From: Malacoraja senta
Lineage: Eukaryota
DNA: 64,000 nucleotides
Reading direction: 5' to 3'
Assembly: GCA_038087875.1 (NCBI GenBank)
Contig: CM075996.1
Coordinates: 5,954,001-6,018,000, forward strand
Translations under genes and position numbers: made by a program
Shown here: in pieces, positions 1-12,009 of the stretch
Layout of the letters: each line of letters opens with the position of its first letter
Numbering within the stretch: the stretch's first letter is position 1
Notes under the pieces: model-generated
The model's database searches: none
Seen by the model: the letters and a program-made list of their open reading frames with translations, nothing else
What the model was told of the DNA's origin: nothing

Positions 1-696
1 ACCAGTGGTTTGCATCTTTCAGTGTCGCCTCTGTATTTCTGTTCATGAAGTCTTCTGCGGACTGTGGTCATTGACAAATGCACACCTGACTCCTGAAGAG
101 TGTTTCTGATCTGTCGGACAGGTGTTTGGGGATGTTTCTTTATTATAGTGAGTATTCTTCTGTCATAAGGCTGTGGAGGTATTCCTTGGCCTGCCAGTCC
201 CATTGCGATTAGTAAGCTCACCAGTGCTCTCTTTCTTCTTAATGATGTTCCAAACAGTTGATTTTGGTAAGCCTAAGGTTTGAGTGATGTCTCTAACAGT
301 TTTATTCTTATTTCTCAGTCTCATATTGGTTTCTTTGACTTTCATTGGCACAACTTTGGACCTCATGTTGATAAACAGCAATAAAAGTTTCCAAAGGTGA
401 TGGAAAGACTAGGCGCTGAGAGCTCTTTTACGCCTGCATTAAGGAGGCATTTAAACACACCTGAGCAATTACAAACACCTGTGAAGCCATGTGTCCCAAA
501 CATTATGGTGCCCTGAAATGGGGGAACTATGTATAAACACAGCTGTAATTTCTATATGGTGAAACCAAAATGTACAAAAAATACCCTTTAATAAAATCTG
601 ACTACACTTTAACCACGTGATTTTTTCTATTACAAATCTCAAATTGTGGATTGCAGAGGCAAATAAATAACTTATGGGTCTTTATGGAGGGCACTG
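1..696 (-). mobile_element. Tc1-like DNA transposon, 5' part (truncated by window edge), decayed transposase
   Basis: ORF 163-381 (TVRDITQTLGLPKSTVWNIIKK...TGRPR) is a Tc1 paired-like HTH with GRPR motif. The terminus ...TTATGGAGGGCACTG is followed by TA at 697-698. Closely similar to the copy at 31864-33520. Confidence 0.9.
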
Positions 697-814
697 TATG
701 ATGCACCAATTTGCAGATGTTAAAATGTGAAATAAAACGTTGTTTGCGTTTCCATGTACTTGATGTGAAAATAAATGAGAAAAAAGGGAGACATGAGAAC
801 TGATATGGTATACA

Positions 815-1855
815 TAGCAATGTTACAAAATTTTGAGATTTAAAAAATAAAGTCTGCAATTTATCCCATCAGATAAAGCATAAAAAGAAGTTTAATTTGA
901 CACTTAATTCACTTTCATATCTTCAGTATTAAAAAAGTTATGGCCATTATCATACTCAGAAATTAGCATCTAGTTCCCTATTGCTTTTCCATTGACTTAA
1001 CACAAAAGCTGTGATCGAGGACAGTTAAAAGCCCATAACTTTCTTAAAAATTATGGTAACTGAAAGAAATTTTCAGGTATTATAGATTGAAGCATTCTGA
1101 AACAAATATGAAACAATCTTACTTCGAAGACATGAAAGTAAAGCATATAATTAGTTAGTTACCTAATTGTAGCTAATTACAAAATTCAATTACTAGATCT
1201 AAACATCTATCAATTTCTTAAGAATAGATTAACATTTTTAAATAGCCTAAGTGTCCAAATAACATTCACACAATAATTCACAATATAACATAATTTTTAA
1301 ATCTAATTTTCATGAATTTACAGGCCAAATGGAAGGAATTGAATGTTTAATACCTGTAAATTAATGGGCATTTAATTCATCTTGCGAGTGAGAATTTCTG
1401 GAACGCGATCTTTTGGAACGTTCATTTGCGGTGAATTTAACCCCGTATTGGCATGAAAAATACTGCCGTTAATTCGGGGAATAAAATCACCGTGTCGCAT
1501 GAAAAAATGTGAATTAAAGGCTTCTTAAGAAGCACTTTTATACATTTAAAGAAAGCACTTTCGTTTACCTGTCCATTGTGTGAAATCCGTCCCCGTTATT
1601 GGCGTTGACGCTTCAGGAGCTGCTTTTAAAATTATTGTAGCGCTGACATTGACGATTTAATTTTTCAAAAAAATTCACAAATCGCCGGTAGGAACGATTT
1701 TGTCAGCAAAGTTTTGTACTCCAACAAAATATTTCCAGGACAAGGGAGGAGAAACCGCGTTTTAACCCCGCCCCCCCCTTAAAGGCGCCAAAATCGCGCA
1801 CACGGCCAGTGGCAGAATTACAGCGCGACTGAAGGTAAGTTTTGTAACATACCTA
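815..1855 (+). mobile_element. Non-autonomous TIR DNA transposon (~1.04 kb) with 7-bp TSD, copy 1
   Basis: Imperfect 16-bp TIRs TAGCAATGTTACAAAA (815) and TTTTGTAACATACCTA (ending 1855). GTATACA directly repeated at 808-814 and 1856-1862. Near-identical reverse-complement copy at 53246-54283. No ORF in the track. Confidence 0.9.
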
Positions 1856-2661
1856 GTATACAAACTGAAACGGTACAATATTTGAACTGTGTTTTTCTGT
1901 GTTTGAAATTGCTGTTTTAAATTATTGATATCTATGATGACTTAGTTGTGCGTTACATTTGCACAACAACACAACGGAGTCACTTTAAATGTAATTGTGA
2001 AATTTGAGGCTTCAGAACAGGAAAGGTGGTGTGAACTGCAAATACTTTCTTGATAACATGTAATGGAAGAGAGGTGTATTACATTCAGCAGTAATACTCA
2101 TTACTAGGTCAACGTTTTTTATGAATACCCTTTTATATTCTTCCCCAGCCATTTTTCTCCTTTCTCCTGTAGATGTTCTAATCTGTTTACTGGTTTAATC
2201 TATTTAAAGCCCTATTTAATAATGCATGTGTTAGTCTTTTTTAAGTCCTTGTAAGTATTGCATTTATCCCAGCTATGATATTCTATTACTCCACCTGGTA
2301 CATTTGCTTAAACTCTTTATTCTGCTGAGGTTGACTCTTTTATGCCTAGGTATTGGTTTATCTTGGATCAAGCCAAATTTAATCAGATTATGGTATTACC
2401 ATCTCAATGTGATGTACTTGATATTTACTAAGGCACTGGGTTGAAATCTGTTTCACATTACGTTTTCTAGTTCACTTCCTACACTAATGGATGTTTCTTG
2501 TTTGTTTTTGTAGAAATAAAGGTAGCTTAAAGTGATCTTATACTTTCTAGAATGAACTTTTGATTTTTCTATATTCCAATATAGTCAAACCTTTGCTGGT
2601 TCCCACAATTTTCGAATTATATATAAAACACCTCACTTTGAACTAAACCTAAAACTTAGCT

Positions 2662-2985
2662 GTGTAGGAAAGAACTGCAGATGCTGGTTTAAACCGAAGA
2701 TAATAATAATTATAACCGAAGATAGACACAAAATGCTGGAATAACTCAGCGGGACAGGCAGCATCTCTGGAGAGAAGGAATGGGCGACGTTTCGGGTCAA
2801 GACCCTTCTTCAGACGCTGCTCTTTCTTCCATAATTTGGTTCTTTCTTTTCCCTGACTAGTCTGAAGAAGGGTCTCAACCCAAAACGTCACACATTCCTT
2901 CTCTCCAGGGATGCTGCCTGTCCCGCTGAGTTACTCCAGCATTTTTGTGTCTATCTTCGATTTGAACTAGCATCTGCAGTTCCTC
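2662..2985. mobile_element. Inverted pair of Penelope-like terminal repeats (pLTR) with hammerhead motifs
   Basis: 2662-2815 is the approximate reverse complement of 2860-2985, with a ~44-nt spacer. The same repeat follows the Penelope ORF end at 9421-9550. Confidence 0.8.
2783..2815 (-). ncRNA. Minimal hammerhead ribozyme motif (Penelope type), core intact
   Basis: Minus strand reads GT-CTGAAGA-A-GGGT-CTTG-ACCC-GAAAC-GTC-GCC: CUGANGA box, 4-bp stem II, GAAA box, palindromic ACGU stem III and GUC cleavage triplet. Activity not demonstrated. Confidence 0.7.
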
Positions 2986-3079
2986 CTCACTATACATGAC
3001 AGAGGCCTCTCCCTGGCCATACACACATTTTGGAACATCTGGATAACAAGGACACGTGTTCAAATTCTATTTATTGTCT

Positions 3080-3485
3080 ATAACTAAGCAATTTTGGGCA
3101 CCATAATCTGAAGGATGTGCTGATCCTGGAGAGGGTCCCGAGGAGATTTACAAGAATGATCCCAAGAATAGGTGGGTTAACTTATGATGAGCGTTTGATG
3201 GCACTGGGCCTATACTCGCTGGAGTTTAGAAGAATGAGGGGGGACCATGTTGAAACATACTGAATAGTGAAAGGCTTGGATAGAGTGGATATGGATGTTT
3301 CCACTTGTGGGAGAATCTAGGACTAGAGGTCATAGCCCCAGAATTAAAATACATTTCTTTAAGAATGAGATGAAAAGGAATTTCTTTAGTCAGGTGGTGA
3401 ATCTGTGGAAGGTTTTGCCACAGAAGGCTTTGGAGGCCGTCAATGGATATTTTCAAAGCAGAGATAGATAAATTCTTGATTAGTT
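3080..3485 (+). mobile_element. CR1-clade LINE, decayed ORF2 3' fragment
   Basis: Nucleotide similarity to the CR1 at 9961-10640 (tactcgctggagtttagaagaatgagggggga; gtggtgaatctgtggaa), in the opposite orientation. Confidence 0.75.
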
Positions 3486-5632
3486 TGATGGGAATCATGT
3501 GATGTTGGATTGGAGTTCATGTGTCTGAAAGGTGCTGAAATGTTTACTCTTATTCTTTTTTCACGTGCCAAGTGACCCCTCATTTTACATGCTGACTGAC
3601 TGCATAGTTTTCCAGCATTTGTTTAAATCTCAGGGAAAGAAATTAGCCCATTGTCTGCTGACCTTCAGAACAGTTAAATTTGTTGCCCATTTTAATGTCC
3701 CAAAGAATGTCAAAGTGGATGCGAAGCCAGTGGATGATACAGCTTCCTCAATTAATCAGAAAGCACGAGAGGTGATCTCTTGGGATTTGCACGACAGATA
3801 GAGAGTAGTAATTTTCCCTGGATGAGTAGAATAAATGGTTGGTGTGAGAAAGTCATCTGACAATTGAGAAATAGAATGAAAAACCTCCTCATTGTGGATC
3901 GAGAATCTTTGTAATTGTCTAGTCCAGAGTTCGCTAGACCTAGAAATTCACAGTGGGTTAATACCTGTTAATTGAGTGTGTTTCATAGAATCTGGGGAGC
4001 CGAAGGGAAAGATGGTAATGGCGCACAGGAAATGATAGGTTTACACAGCATTAACATGCATTTAGGAGAGGTAAATTATACTTGACAAATCTTCATGTGT
4101 TTTATTGTCCAACCTCTCCCTGTACCTCAGGCCTTCAACTCCAGGCAACATCCTCGTAAATCATCTCTGCACTCTTTTCAGCTTAACAGCATCCTTCCTA
4201 CAGCAGGGTGTCCAAAACTGAACACAATACTCCAAATGTGGCCTCTACTCCAACGTATCAAAATGTGAGGTCATCCACTTTGATAGAAGAAAAATAGTTC
4301 AAACTTTTATACGATAAATTGAAAGGTTCAGGGAATCCTTGTATGGAAAGCACTTGAAAGCTGATGTGGAGTTAAAGCAAGCAATCAGGAAGGCAAACGA
4401 CACACTGGCCTTTTAGTGTTAAGAGGATTTGAGTCCAATTATATAGGGCCCCAATGTGATCCCACACCTGAAATAATGTGTTTAGTTCTGGTTTCCTATC
4501 AATGGAAGGTTAGACACAATAGGTGATTGACTACTGGGGTGAAGGGATAGTTATTGTATGAGAAGGGTGAAGCAGTCTGGCTCTATAATGTTTGGAAGAA
4601 TGAAAGGAAAAATCATTGAAATAAAATTCATATGTGCTTGATGTGGTTTATGTAAGGATGACATTTATGAATGTTCCTGGGTCAAATTTAACAGACTGGT
4701 AAGTCTGGCATGTGAATTAATAATTTTCAAGAGCATTTCTAAATGCAGGGTCTGCGATTTAGATTACAATTGTGTCTATGTGAGTTTCATTGATCAAGAC
4801 GCAGTTTGGGGGTATACTGAGGGAAATGCGAGTATGGGAATAATAGACTTGCAACATTGAGGTAAACCAGACAGGAACATCCCATATATATGTAGACTAC
4901 AAACTACATGTTGTGCAACACTGGTTTAGTCTGTATTACCCAGCTGTTAGCTGGATAAATTCAGAGTTATTGGACAACTTGTTCTCGTCAATTGTAAACA
5001 GTGTTCTGACCTGAGAACTTAAAACTATTGATTTTACCAGGGGTTGTTATGGCAATCTTGTTCTTGGGATACAAGAACAAATATGGCATGATAACAATTG
5101 GGGAGCAAATTACTCCCCATCAATTAGCTATGTAGTTGACATTTCAGATGACATAAGGCAAATGTGAACATAGCTTGGAAACAGAATAAGAATAGATTGA
5201 AGACTGGTCTCTTCAATGTGCTTCCTTTTTTAAATTTCAAGCCAGTATTATCTAATTACTATTTCTTATTCTCTCCTGTGCTAATGAGTAGTGGAAGTAG
5301 GGAGCCTGGAGGTCACTGATGGTTTTGCTTGATGCACAGAAGTGTAGAAACAAATGATTCTTTTAATTTTGAAGAAAAATTGTGGTTTCATCTGGAAATG
5401 ATTCATTTCTTATCCACATAAGTCAGTGATTTCCTCAAATGAATGACACTCTAATTCTGGCCAAATATCTGTATAAGTTTTCAGATTAATTTCAAAAATG
5501 TCTAATTTGAAAAATCATGGACCTGAAAGGTTTTAATTGTACTTAATTAAAGCAAGATTGCTGTTTGAAACTTAAAACAAAAAAACCCTGCAGATTCTGA
5601 CAATCGGAAACAAAAGCATTCACGGAATGTCG

Positions 5633-6325
5633 AATTATGGAGGGAATGGTCCCTGTGGAAAGCAGAAAGGGGAGGAGATGGGAAGATGTGACCAGTGGTG
5701 GGGTCCCGTTGGAGGTGGTGAAAATGTCGGAGGATTATATGTTGTATGCGACGGGTGGAAGGCGAGGACAAGGGAAACTCTGTCCTTGTTACGAGTAGGG
5801 GGATGTGGAGTGAGAGCGGAACTGCGGGATATAGAGGAGACCCTGATGAGAGCCTCATCTATAGTAGAAGAGGGGAACTCCCGTTCCCTAAAGAATGAGG
5901 ACATCTCCGATGCCCTGGTTTGGAACACCTCATCCTGGGTGCAGATGTGGCGTAGACGGAGGAATTTGGAGTAGGGGATAGAGTCCTTACAGGAAGCAGG
6001 GTGGGAAGAAGTGTAGTCCAGATAGCCATGGGAGTCAGTGGGTTTGTGGGAGACGTCGGTCAGTAGTCTGTTACCTGCGATGGAGATGGTGAGGTCTAGA
6101 AAAGGTAGGGAGATGTCGAAAATGGCCCAGGTGAATTTGAGTGCCGGATGGAAGTTAGTGGTGAAATGGATGAAGTCAGTGAGTTCTCCATGGGTGCAGG
6201 AGGTAGCACCAATGCAGACGTCAATGTAGTGGAGGCAGAGTTTGGGGATAGGGCCACGGTATGCTTCGAACAATAATTGTTTGACGTACCCTACAAAGAG
6301 GCAGGCATAGCATGTGCCCATAGTA
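5633..6325 (-). mobile_element. Penelope-like element (PLE) reverse transcriptase fragment
   Basis: ORF 5635-6417 contains MGT.YACLF, a degenerate YIDD (HYIDV), FLDL, KPTDSH.YLDY.SSHP..CK.SIP and FLRLR.IC. These are characteristic PLE RT and thumb motifs. A frameshift follows RVSLVLAFHP. Confidence 0.9.
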
Positions 6326-6819
6326 TTGGAGACGTCACAAATAAAAGTAGAAAAGGACTGAACAATGGGGGGGGGGAGGGGGGGGACAGAGTTAAGGTTA
6401 GAATATATGTGGGGCAAGAACAGGCTGAAATATTATCTATTAGGACTGCCCCTCTGTACATCTTGGGTTGGAAGTAGAAGCAAGATGTGCAGTATTGGGA
6501 AGATGTCAAGATTGGAGGGTATGGAGGGAAGATATCTCCAGGAATAATTATCTGGGAGACAATGGGCTGATCATTAGTGAGAATATTCAGAGGACAGTTG
6601 GAAGCTGAGATTTAGCTTCTGCAAGGTACATTAGGTTGAATGATGTTGGAGTTGATCCTAGAGGATTGAAATGTGCAACTTCAAAGAGAGCATAAAGTGC
6701 ACTTTGGCAAAAGTGACTAATAGATCCTACGTGAGGGAGATGAATTAAAGTTTCAGGTTGATTACCTATCTGAATTGATTACCAACTAGAATATTTGGTG
6801 TTTTACAACAGATGAGCTC

Positions 6820-7190
6820 ATCTCCCACTCATTCCATTTTCTCGTTCCCCAGTTTTGCTTTTATCCCACCTCCTTCTACTCTCCATTGCCCCTTACACCC
6901 ATATCCCTCCCTCCAGATTTACATTTAATTTCTCCTCTTTGCTACTATCTTACCCGTTTGTCTCCTTTTCATCTCTACACTTTGTCACCATCTCCACCCA
7001 TCTGCCAATGAACCCTTCCTCCCTGCCCCTCACCTGTATCCTTCCACAACTTGCCAGACATTGCCTCACCTCCACCTCTTTCAGCTTTCTCCTTACTCTA
7101 TATCAGTCTGAAGAAAGGTTCCGACCCGAAACATCATCTGTCTGTTTCCTCCGCAGATGATGTCTGACCTGAGATCCTCCAGCACTGTTT
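6820..7190 (+). mobile_element. Old PLE 3' region: pyrimidine-rich UTR plus pLTR with degenerate hammerhead
   Basis: A C/T-rich tract precedes CTGAAGAAAGGTTCCGACCCGAAACATC at 7108-7135, then agatg.tg.ctgacctgag...ccagca. Confidence 0.6.
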
Positions 7191-7876
7191 TTTGTTTAAA
7201 GGATTGTTTAGTTTGTTGAACTGTTAATATGTTGCTGTTAAATGTTAATAGTTTGTTAAATGTTAATAGCCCTTGTTAGATGCATTTCCTAAATATTCAT
7301 TTTTAAAATCCGAATTTACTTCTAATAACTGACTTGCTTTAGTGTAAAACCATGTCCCTATCAAGGAATTGTTTTGTAGTAATTAAAATAAAAATTCTGG
7401 TGGTAGAACAGATTTAAAGTGCTGGGGGAAGATTTGGCTGTGTGCCTTTATTTGAATCTGATACATTATAACTTTATATTTTATAGATGCTAACATTACC
7501 TGGTATATATTTCAGCATTTCTTTATTTGTATAGCTTGGCCTGCTTCTAATGAATTTGCAATTAGTATATTATATATTTTTAAAAGACTGGTTATGTTAC
7601 AGTACATCATGACTTACGAGGTTTCATCTTTCCAAACGCATCGATTACCTATCTAGTCTTCTGTTTACGCCAGTCCAATTTGCCAGATGCTATCCATTTT
7701 TTTTACCTCTAGACGGGAGGGGTGCTTTTGAAATTAACCCCTTTAAAAAAATTATTTTAAGCTGTGACTGTTGGTACCACTCTCACCCCAGAGAAGTGAG
7801 CCCCATTTCGCAAACTTGAACTTATGAACATGATGTTAACCACAGCTTCTATATGCAGTATTTATAGCATTATCAG

Positions 7877-9861
7877 TAGAGCCAGGATGTTTAGGCACTA
7901 AAAAACTCTGAAATAGGCAGACAAAAAGGCATAATAAAATCACAAAAAGGCATTTTTTTATACAAAAAGGCATAAAAGGCATTTATTTCTTCCGCCAAAA
8001 TATGGTTAAAAATGATAATATAAAGGTATACTACATTAAATGACCAAAGTTGCCTGGTTGCACATAATTACTAGCATTTTTTCCAAATTATCTGGTGTTA
8101 AACTATGCCATCTGTCAGACAGAATATGCTTCAGTTGTGAAAAACTTCTTTCTACCTCAGCTGAGGTCACTGGTGCATACCCGAAACAAGCTACAGACTC
8201 TATATTCATGTCACTATCTTGTGCATTACAACTACCTTTGAGAACTTTAGCTATGTTTTCTATTTCTTCAAGATCTTTGTTAGCTAAAATCACTCTCTCA
8301 CATTTTCCTTGTATGTCTTTACCTACATCACCAGGAACTTTACAAGTCTCGTCAGTTACTTTGTTGAAAACCTGCAAGTTATTTACTAATGTTTCGCACG
8401 TTTCTCAAGGGAAGCTTGTGGGAAGTTTGCAAAATTGGAAGCAATAAACACAAGATCACGGTGGAGGGACGTTTTCTCCATGATTTCACTGACGATCCTG
8501 ACCGCAGCAAATTATTCAAAACAGTTGACGATTTTTATCTTTTTATCTTTTCAAAATTTGCAGCATAGTAGAGTACAGCAGAGAGCCATGTACCCCACCT
8601 AGTCAAAACGGGCTGAGGAGGTAGAGGAATCTCGGGTGCCATTTCCTTGAACAACTGCACACGTGACTGCTTTGAGGAAGATTTTCTTGACATTGGAAAC
8701 TAGGCGATCGACATTTGGAAACAAGCTACTTATGTGCTTGACAATTCTATGAAGTCCTTGAGCTAAGCATGTCAAATGCAACATTTTGGGGAATAAAATG
8801 AAGTCACAAACAGAAGAACATTCTCTTGTTTTATACCTTCTGGCCAAAGTACAGCAAGTGAAGATGTAAATAACTGAGCAATAGTTGAGCTGTTTGACTA
8901 CTCCAATACTTCCAATGTCATCAAATACTCCTTTGATGGTGGACCTGCCTCCAGTGAACCGATTACCACATGGTAACATAACTCCCCACAGTATCGGTTG
9001 TCTAGTCTATTGAGATCCATATTTTGTTGCATGCAACTTCCTCTCTAATTTTCTATGCAACAATGTTGAAGTTGCTGTCAACATTTTTCTGTAATGATGA
9101 CTCGCTTGGTCTATGTTCCTCTGTGTATTTCTCTAAAAAACCTCTAAGAGGTTTGTTTTCCAATTTCCACAGTGGAATTCCAGCATCAATGAATGCCTTG
9201 CACAGATCACTCAAACTCAGATTTGCGACTGAGCCAGCAGTAAATGTAGTGAGGAGACAAGCTTGGGTATTTCGCTTGGGTAGTCTACACCGCAGTGGTA
9301 TCAACATTGACTTCTCTAATTTTAGATAGGCCTTGTCTTCTCCCTCCTCCCCTTCCCCCTTCCCAGCTCTCCTACTGTCCTACTGTCTCTGCCTCTTCCT
9401 ATCTTTCCCCCCCCCACAACAGTCTGAAGAAGGGTCTCGACCCAAAATGTTGCCTATTCCTTCTCTCCATAGATGCTGCCTCACCCGCTGAGTTTCTCCA
9501 GCATTTCTTGTCTATCTTTGATTTTTCCAGCATCTGCAGTTCTTTCTTAAATAGATCTTGGAGAAGTCTGAACCAGTGGGCAGAGGCACGGACGAATGAA
9601 TGACCGACGGTTTCGCCCCGGTGGTTGAAGTTTTCTTGTAAGTTATACTATGTTAACACGTTAATTAAAACATTAATATTAACGTGTTAACATAGAAAAC
9701 GTCATTGTAATCACGGTACAATTAGAGAAAATAGCACAATCTTTTAGCAAAACGGCAAAAAAAGGCTGATTTAGGCACTCGATCATGAAAAGGGCATTAT
9801 CCTGGTGAAATCATCAAAAAAGGCATGAAGCACTTGGCATTTATGGCAATTCCTGGCTCTA
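7877..9861 (-). mobile_element. hAT DNA transposon, decayed and internally deleted, with nested PLE fragment
   Basis: TIR TAGAGCCAGGA (7877-7887) and TCCTGGCTCTA (9851-9861). 8-bp TSD ATTATCAG at 7869-7876 and 9862-9869. Minus-strand remnants: DLCKAFIDAGIPLWKLEN, IWISID*TTD, HLTCLAQGLH (decayed CxxH) and APVTSAEVERSFS (hAT C-terminal dimerisation region). Confidence 0.92.
9268..9552 (+). mobile_element. PLE 3' fragment inserted in the hAT: ORF end, UTR and pLTR
   Basis: FRLGSLHRSGINIDFSNFR* (ends 9329) resembles the PLE GIY-YIG C-terminus. It is followed by a C/T-rich UTR and CTGAAGAAGGGTCTCGACCCAAAATGTT (decayed hammerhead), ending CAGCATCTGCAGTTC. Confidence 0.75.
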
Positions 9862-9960
9862 ATTATCAGCATCATCTTGAGAAGAAATTGAATCATTTAG
9901 TCATTACCATATTGCTATCTATCATTGAGCTCTTACAGTGGCTTGCAAAAGTATTCATAC

Positions 9961-10640
9961 ATAGATACATAGAAAATAGGTGCAGGAGTAGGCCATTCGG
10001 CCATTCAATATATTCATGGCTGATCATCCAACTCAGTATCCCGTACCTGCCTTCTCTCCATGCCCCCTCATCCCTTTAGCCACAAGGGCCACATCTAACT
10101 CCCTCTTAAATATAGCCAATGAACTGGCCTCAACTACCCTCTGTGGCAGAGAGTTCCAGAGATTCACCACTCTCTGTGTGAAAAATGTTTTTCTCATCTC
10201 GGTCTTAAAGGATTTCCCCCTTATCCTTAAGCTGTGACCCCTTGTCCTGGACTTCCCCAACATCGGGAACAACCTTCCTGCATCTAGCCTGTCCAACCCC
10301 ATAAGAATTTTGTAAGTTTCTATAAGATCCCCTCTCAATCTCCTAAATTCTAGCGAGTATAAGCCGAGTCTATCCAGTCTTTCTTCATATGAAAGTCCTG
10401 ACATCCCAGGAATCAGTCTGGTGAACCTTCTCTGCACTCCCTCTATGGCAATAATGTCCTTCCTCAGATTTGGAGACCAAAACTGTACGCAATACTCCAG
10501 GTGTGGTCTCACCAAAACCCTGTACAACTGCAGTAGAACCTCCCTGCTCCTATACTCAAATCCTTTTGCTATGAAAGCTAACATACCATTCGCTTTCTTC
10601 ATGACACCCAGGTCTCACTGCATCTCCCCTTTTCCTAAAG
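9961..10640 (-). mobile_element. CR1-clade LINE 3' fragment inserted into the left TIR of the Tc1
   Basis: ORF 10033-10602 has LY..LVRPHLEYCVQFWSP, LYSLEFRRLRGDLIETYKI, RTRGH and FF..RVVNLWNSLP. The 3' tail is (TCTATGTA)-like at 9961-9975. The Tc1 TIR resumes at ~10641. Confidence 0.92.
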
Positions 10641-10997
10641 TACCCCTTGAACTTTTCCACATTTTGTCACGTTACAACCACAAAGGTAAATGTATTTTAT
10701 TGGGATTTTATGTGATAGACCAACACAAAGTGGCGCATAATTGTGAAGTGGAAGGAAAATGATACATGGTTTTCAAATTTTTTTACAAATAAAAAACTGA
10801 AAAGTGTCGCGTGCAGAAGTATTCAGCCCCCTTTACTCTGATACCCCTAAATAAAATCCAGTGCAACCAATTGCCTTCAGAAGTCACCTAATTAGTAAAT
10901 AGAGTCCACTTGTGTGTAATCTAATCTCAGTATAAATACAGCTGTTCTGTGAAGGCCTCAGAGGTTTGTTAGAGAACATTAGTGAACAAACAGCATC

Positions 10998-12009
10998 ATG
11001 AAACCCAAGGAACACACCAGACAGGTCAAGGATAAAGTTGTGGAGAAGTTTAAAGCAGGGTTAGGTTATAAAAAAATATCACAAGCTTTGAACATCTCAT
11101 GGAGCACTGTTCAATCCATCATCTGAAAATGGAAAGAGTATGGCACAACTGCAAACCTACCAAGACATGGCCGTCCACCTAAACTGACAGGCCGGGCAAG
11201 GAGAGCATTGATCAGAGAAGCAGCCAAGAGGCCCATGGTAACTCTGGAGGAGCTGCAGAGATCCACAGCTCAGGTGGGAGAATCTGTCCACAGGACAACT
11301 ATTAGTCGTGCACTCCACAAATCGGGCCTTTATAGAAGATTGGCAAGAAGAAAGCCATTGTTGAAAAAAGCCATAAGAAGTCCTGTTTGCAGTTTGCCAC
11401 AAGCCATGTGGGGGACACAGCAAACATGTGGAGGAAGGTGCTCTGGTCAGATGAGACCAAAATTGAAGTTTTTGGCCTAAATGCAAAACGCTTTGTGTGG
11501 TGGAAACCTAACACTGCACATCACCCTGAACACACCATCCCCACTGTGAAACATGGTGGTGGCAGCATCATGCTGTGGGGATGCTTTTCTTCAGCAGGGA
11601 CAGGGAAGCTGGTCAGAGTTGATGGGAAGATGGATGGAGCCAAATACAGGGTAATCTTGGAAGAAAACCTGTTAGAGTCTGCAAAAGACTTGAGACTGGG
11701 GCGGAGGTTCACCTTCCAGCAGGACAAAGACCCTAAACATACAGCCAGAGCTACAATGGAATGGTTTAGATCAAAGCATATTCATGTGTTAGAATGGCCC
11801 AGTCAAAGTCCAGACCTAAATCCAATCTCTGGCAAGACTTGAAAATTGCTGTTCACAGACGCTCTCCATCCAATCTGACTGAGCTTGAGCTATTTTGCAA
11901 AGAAGAATGGGCAAAAATTTCAGTCTCTAGATGTGCAAAGCTGGTAGAGACATACCCCAAAAGACTTGCAGCTGTAATTGCAGCGAAAGGTGGTTCTACA
12001 AAGTATTGA
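10998..12009 (+). pseudogene. Tc1 transposase pseudogene (DD34E type)
   Basis: ATG at 10998 reads MKPKEHTRQVKDKVVEKFKAGLGYKKIS..., then GRPPK, WSDETK, FQQDKDPKH, SPDLNPI and AAKGGSTKY*. It has an in-frame TGA near 11124, a frameshift near 11370 and a deletion removing the catalytic E near 11827. Confidence 0.93.

Noticed and set aside
2649..3063. Short ORFs with recurring peptides such as LKKGLDPKR...DAA.PAE (also near 9295, 27934, 28100)
   Set aside because: Chance translations of the non-coding PLE terminal repeat, not a protein family.
5627..6229. Plus-strand ORFs 5627-5974 and 6038-6229
   Set aside because: Antisense shadows of the Penelope RT frame.
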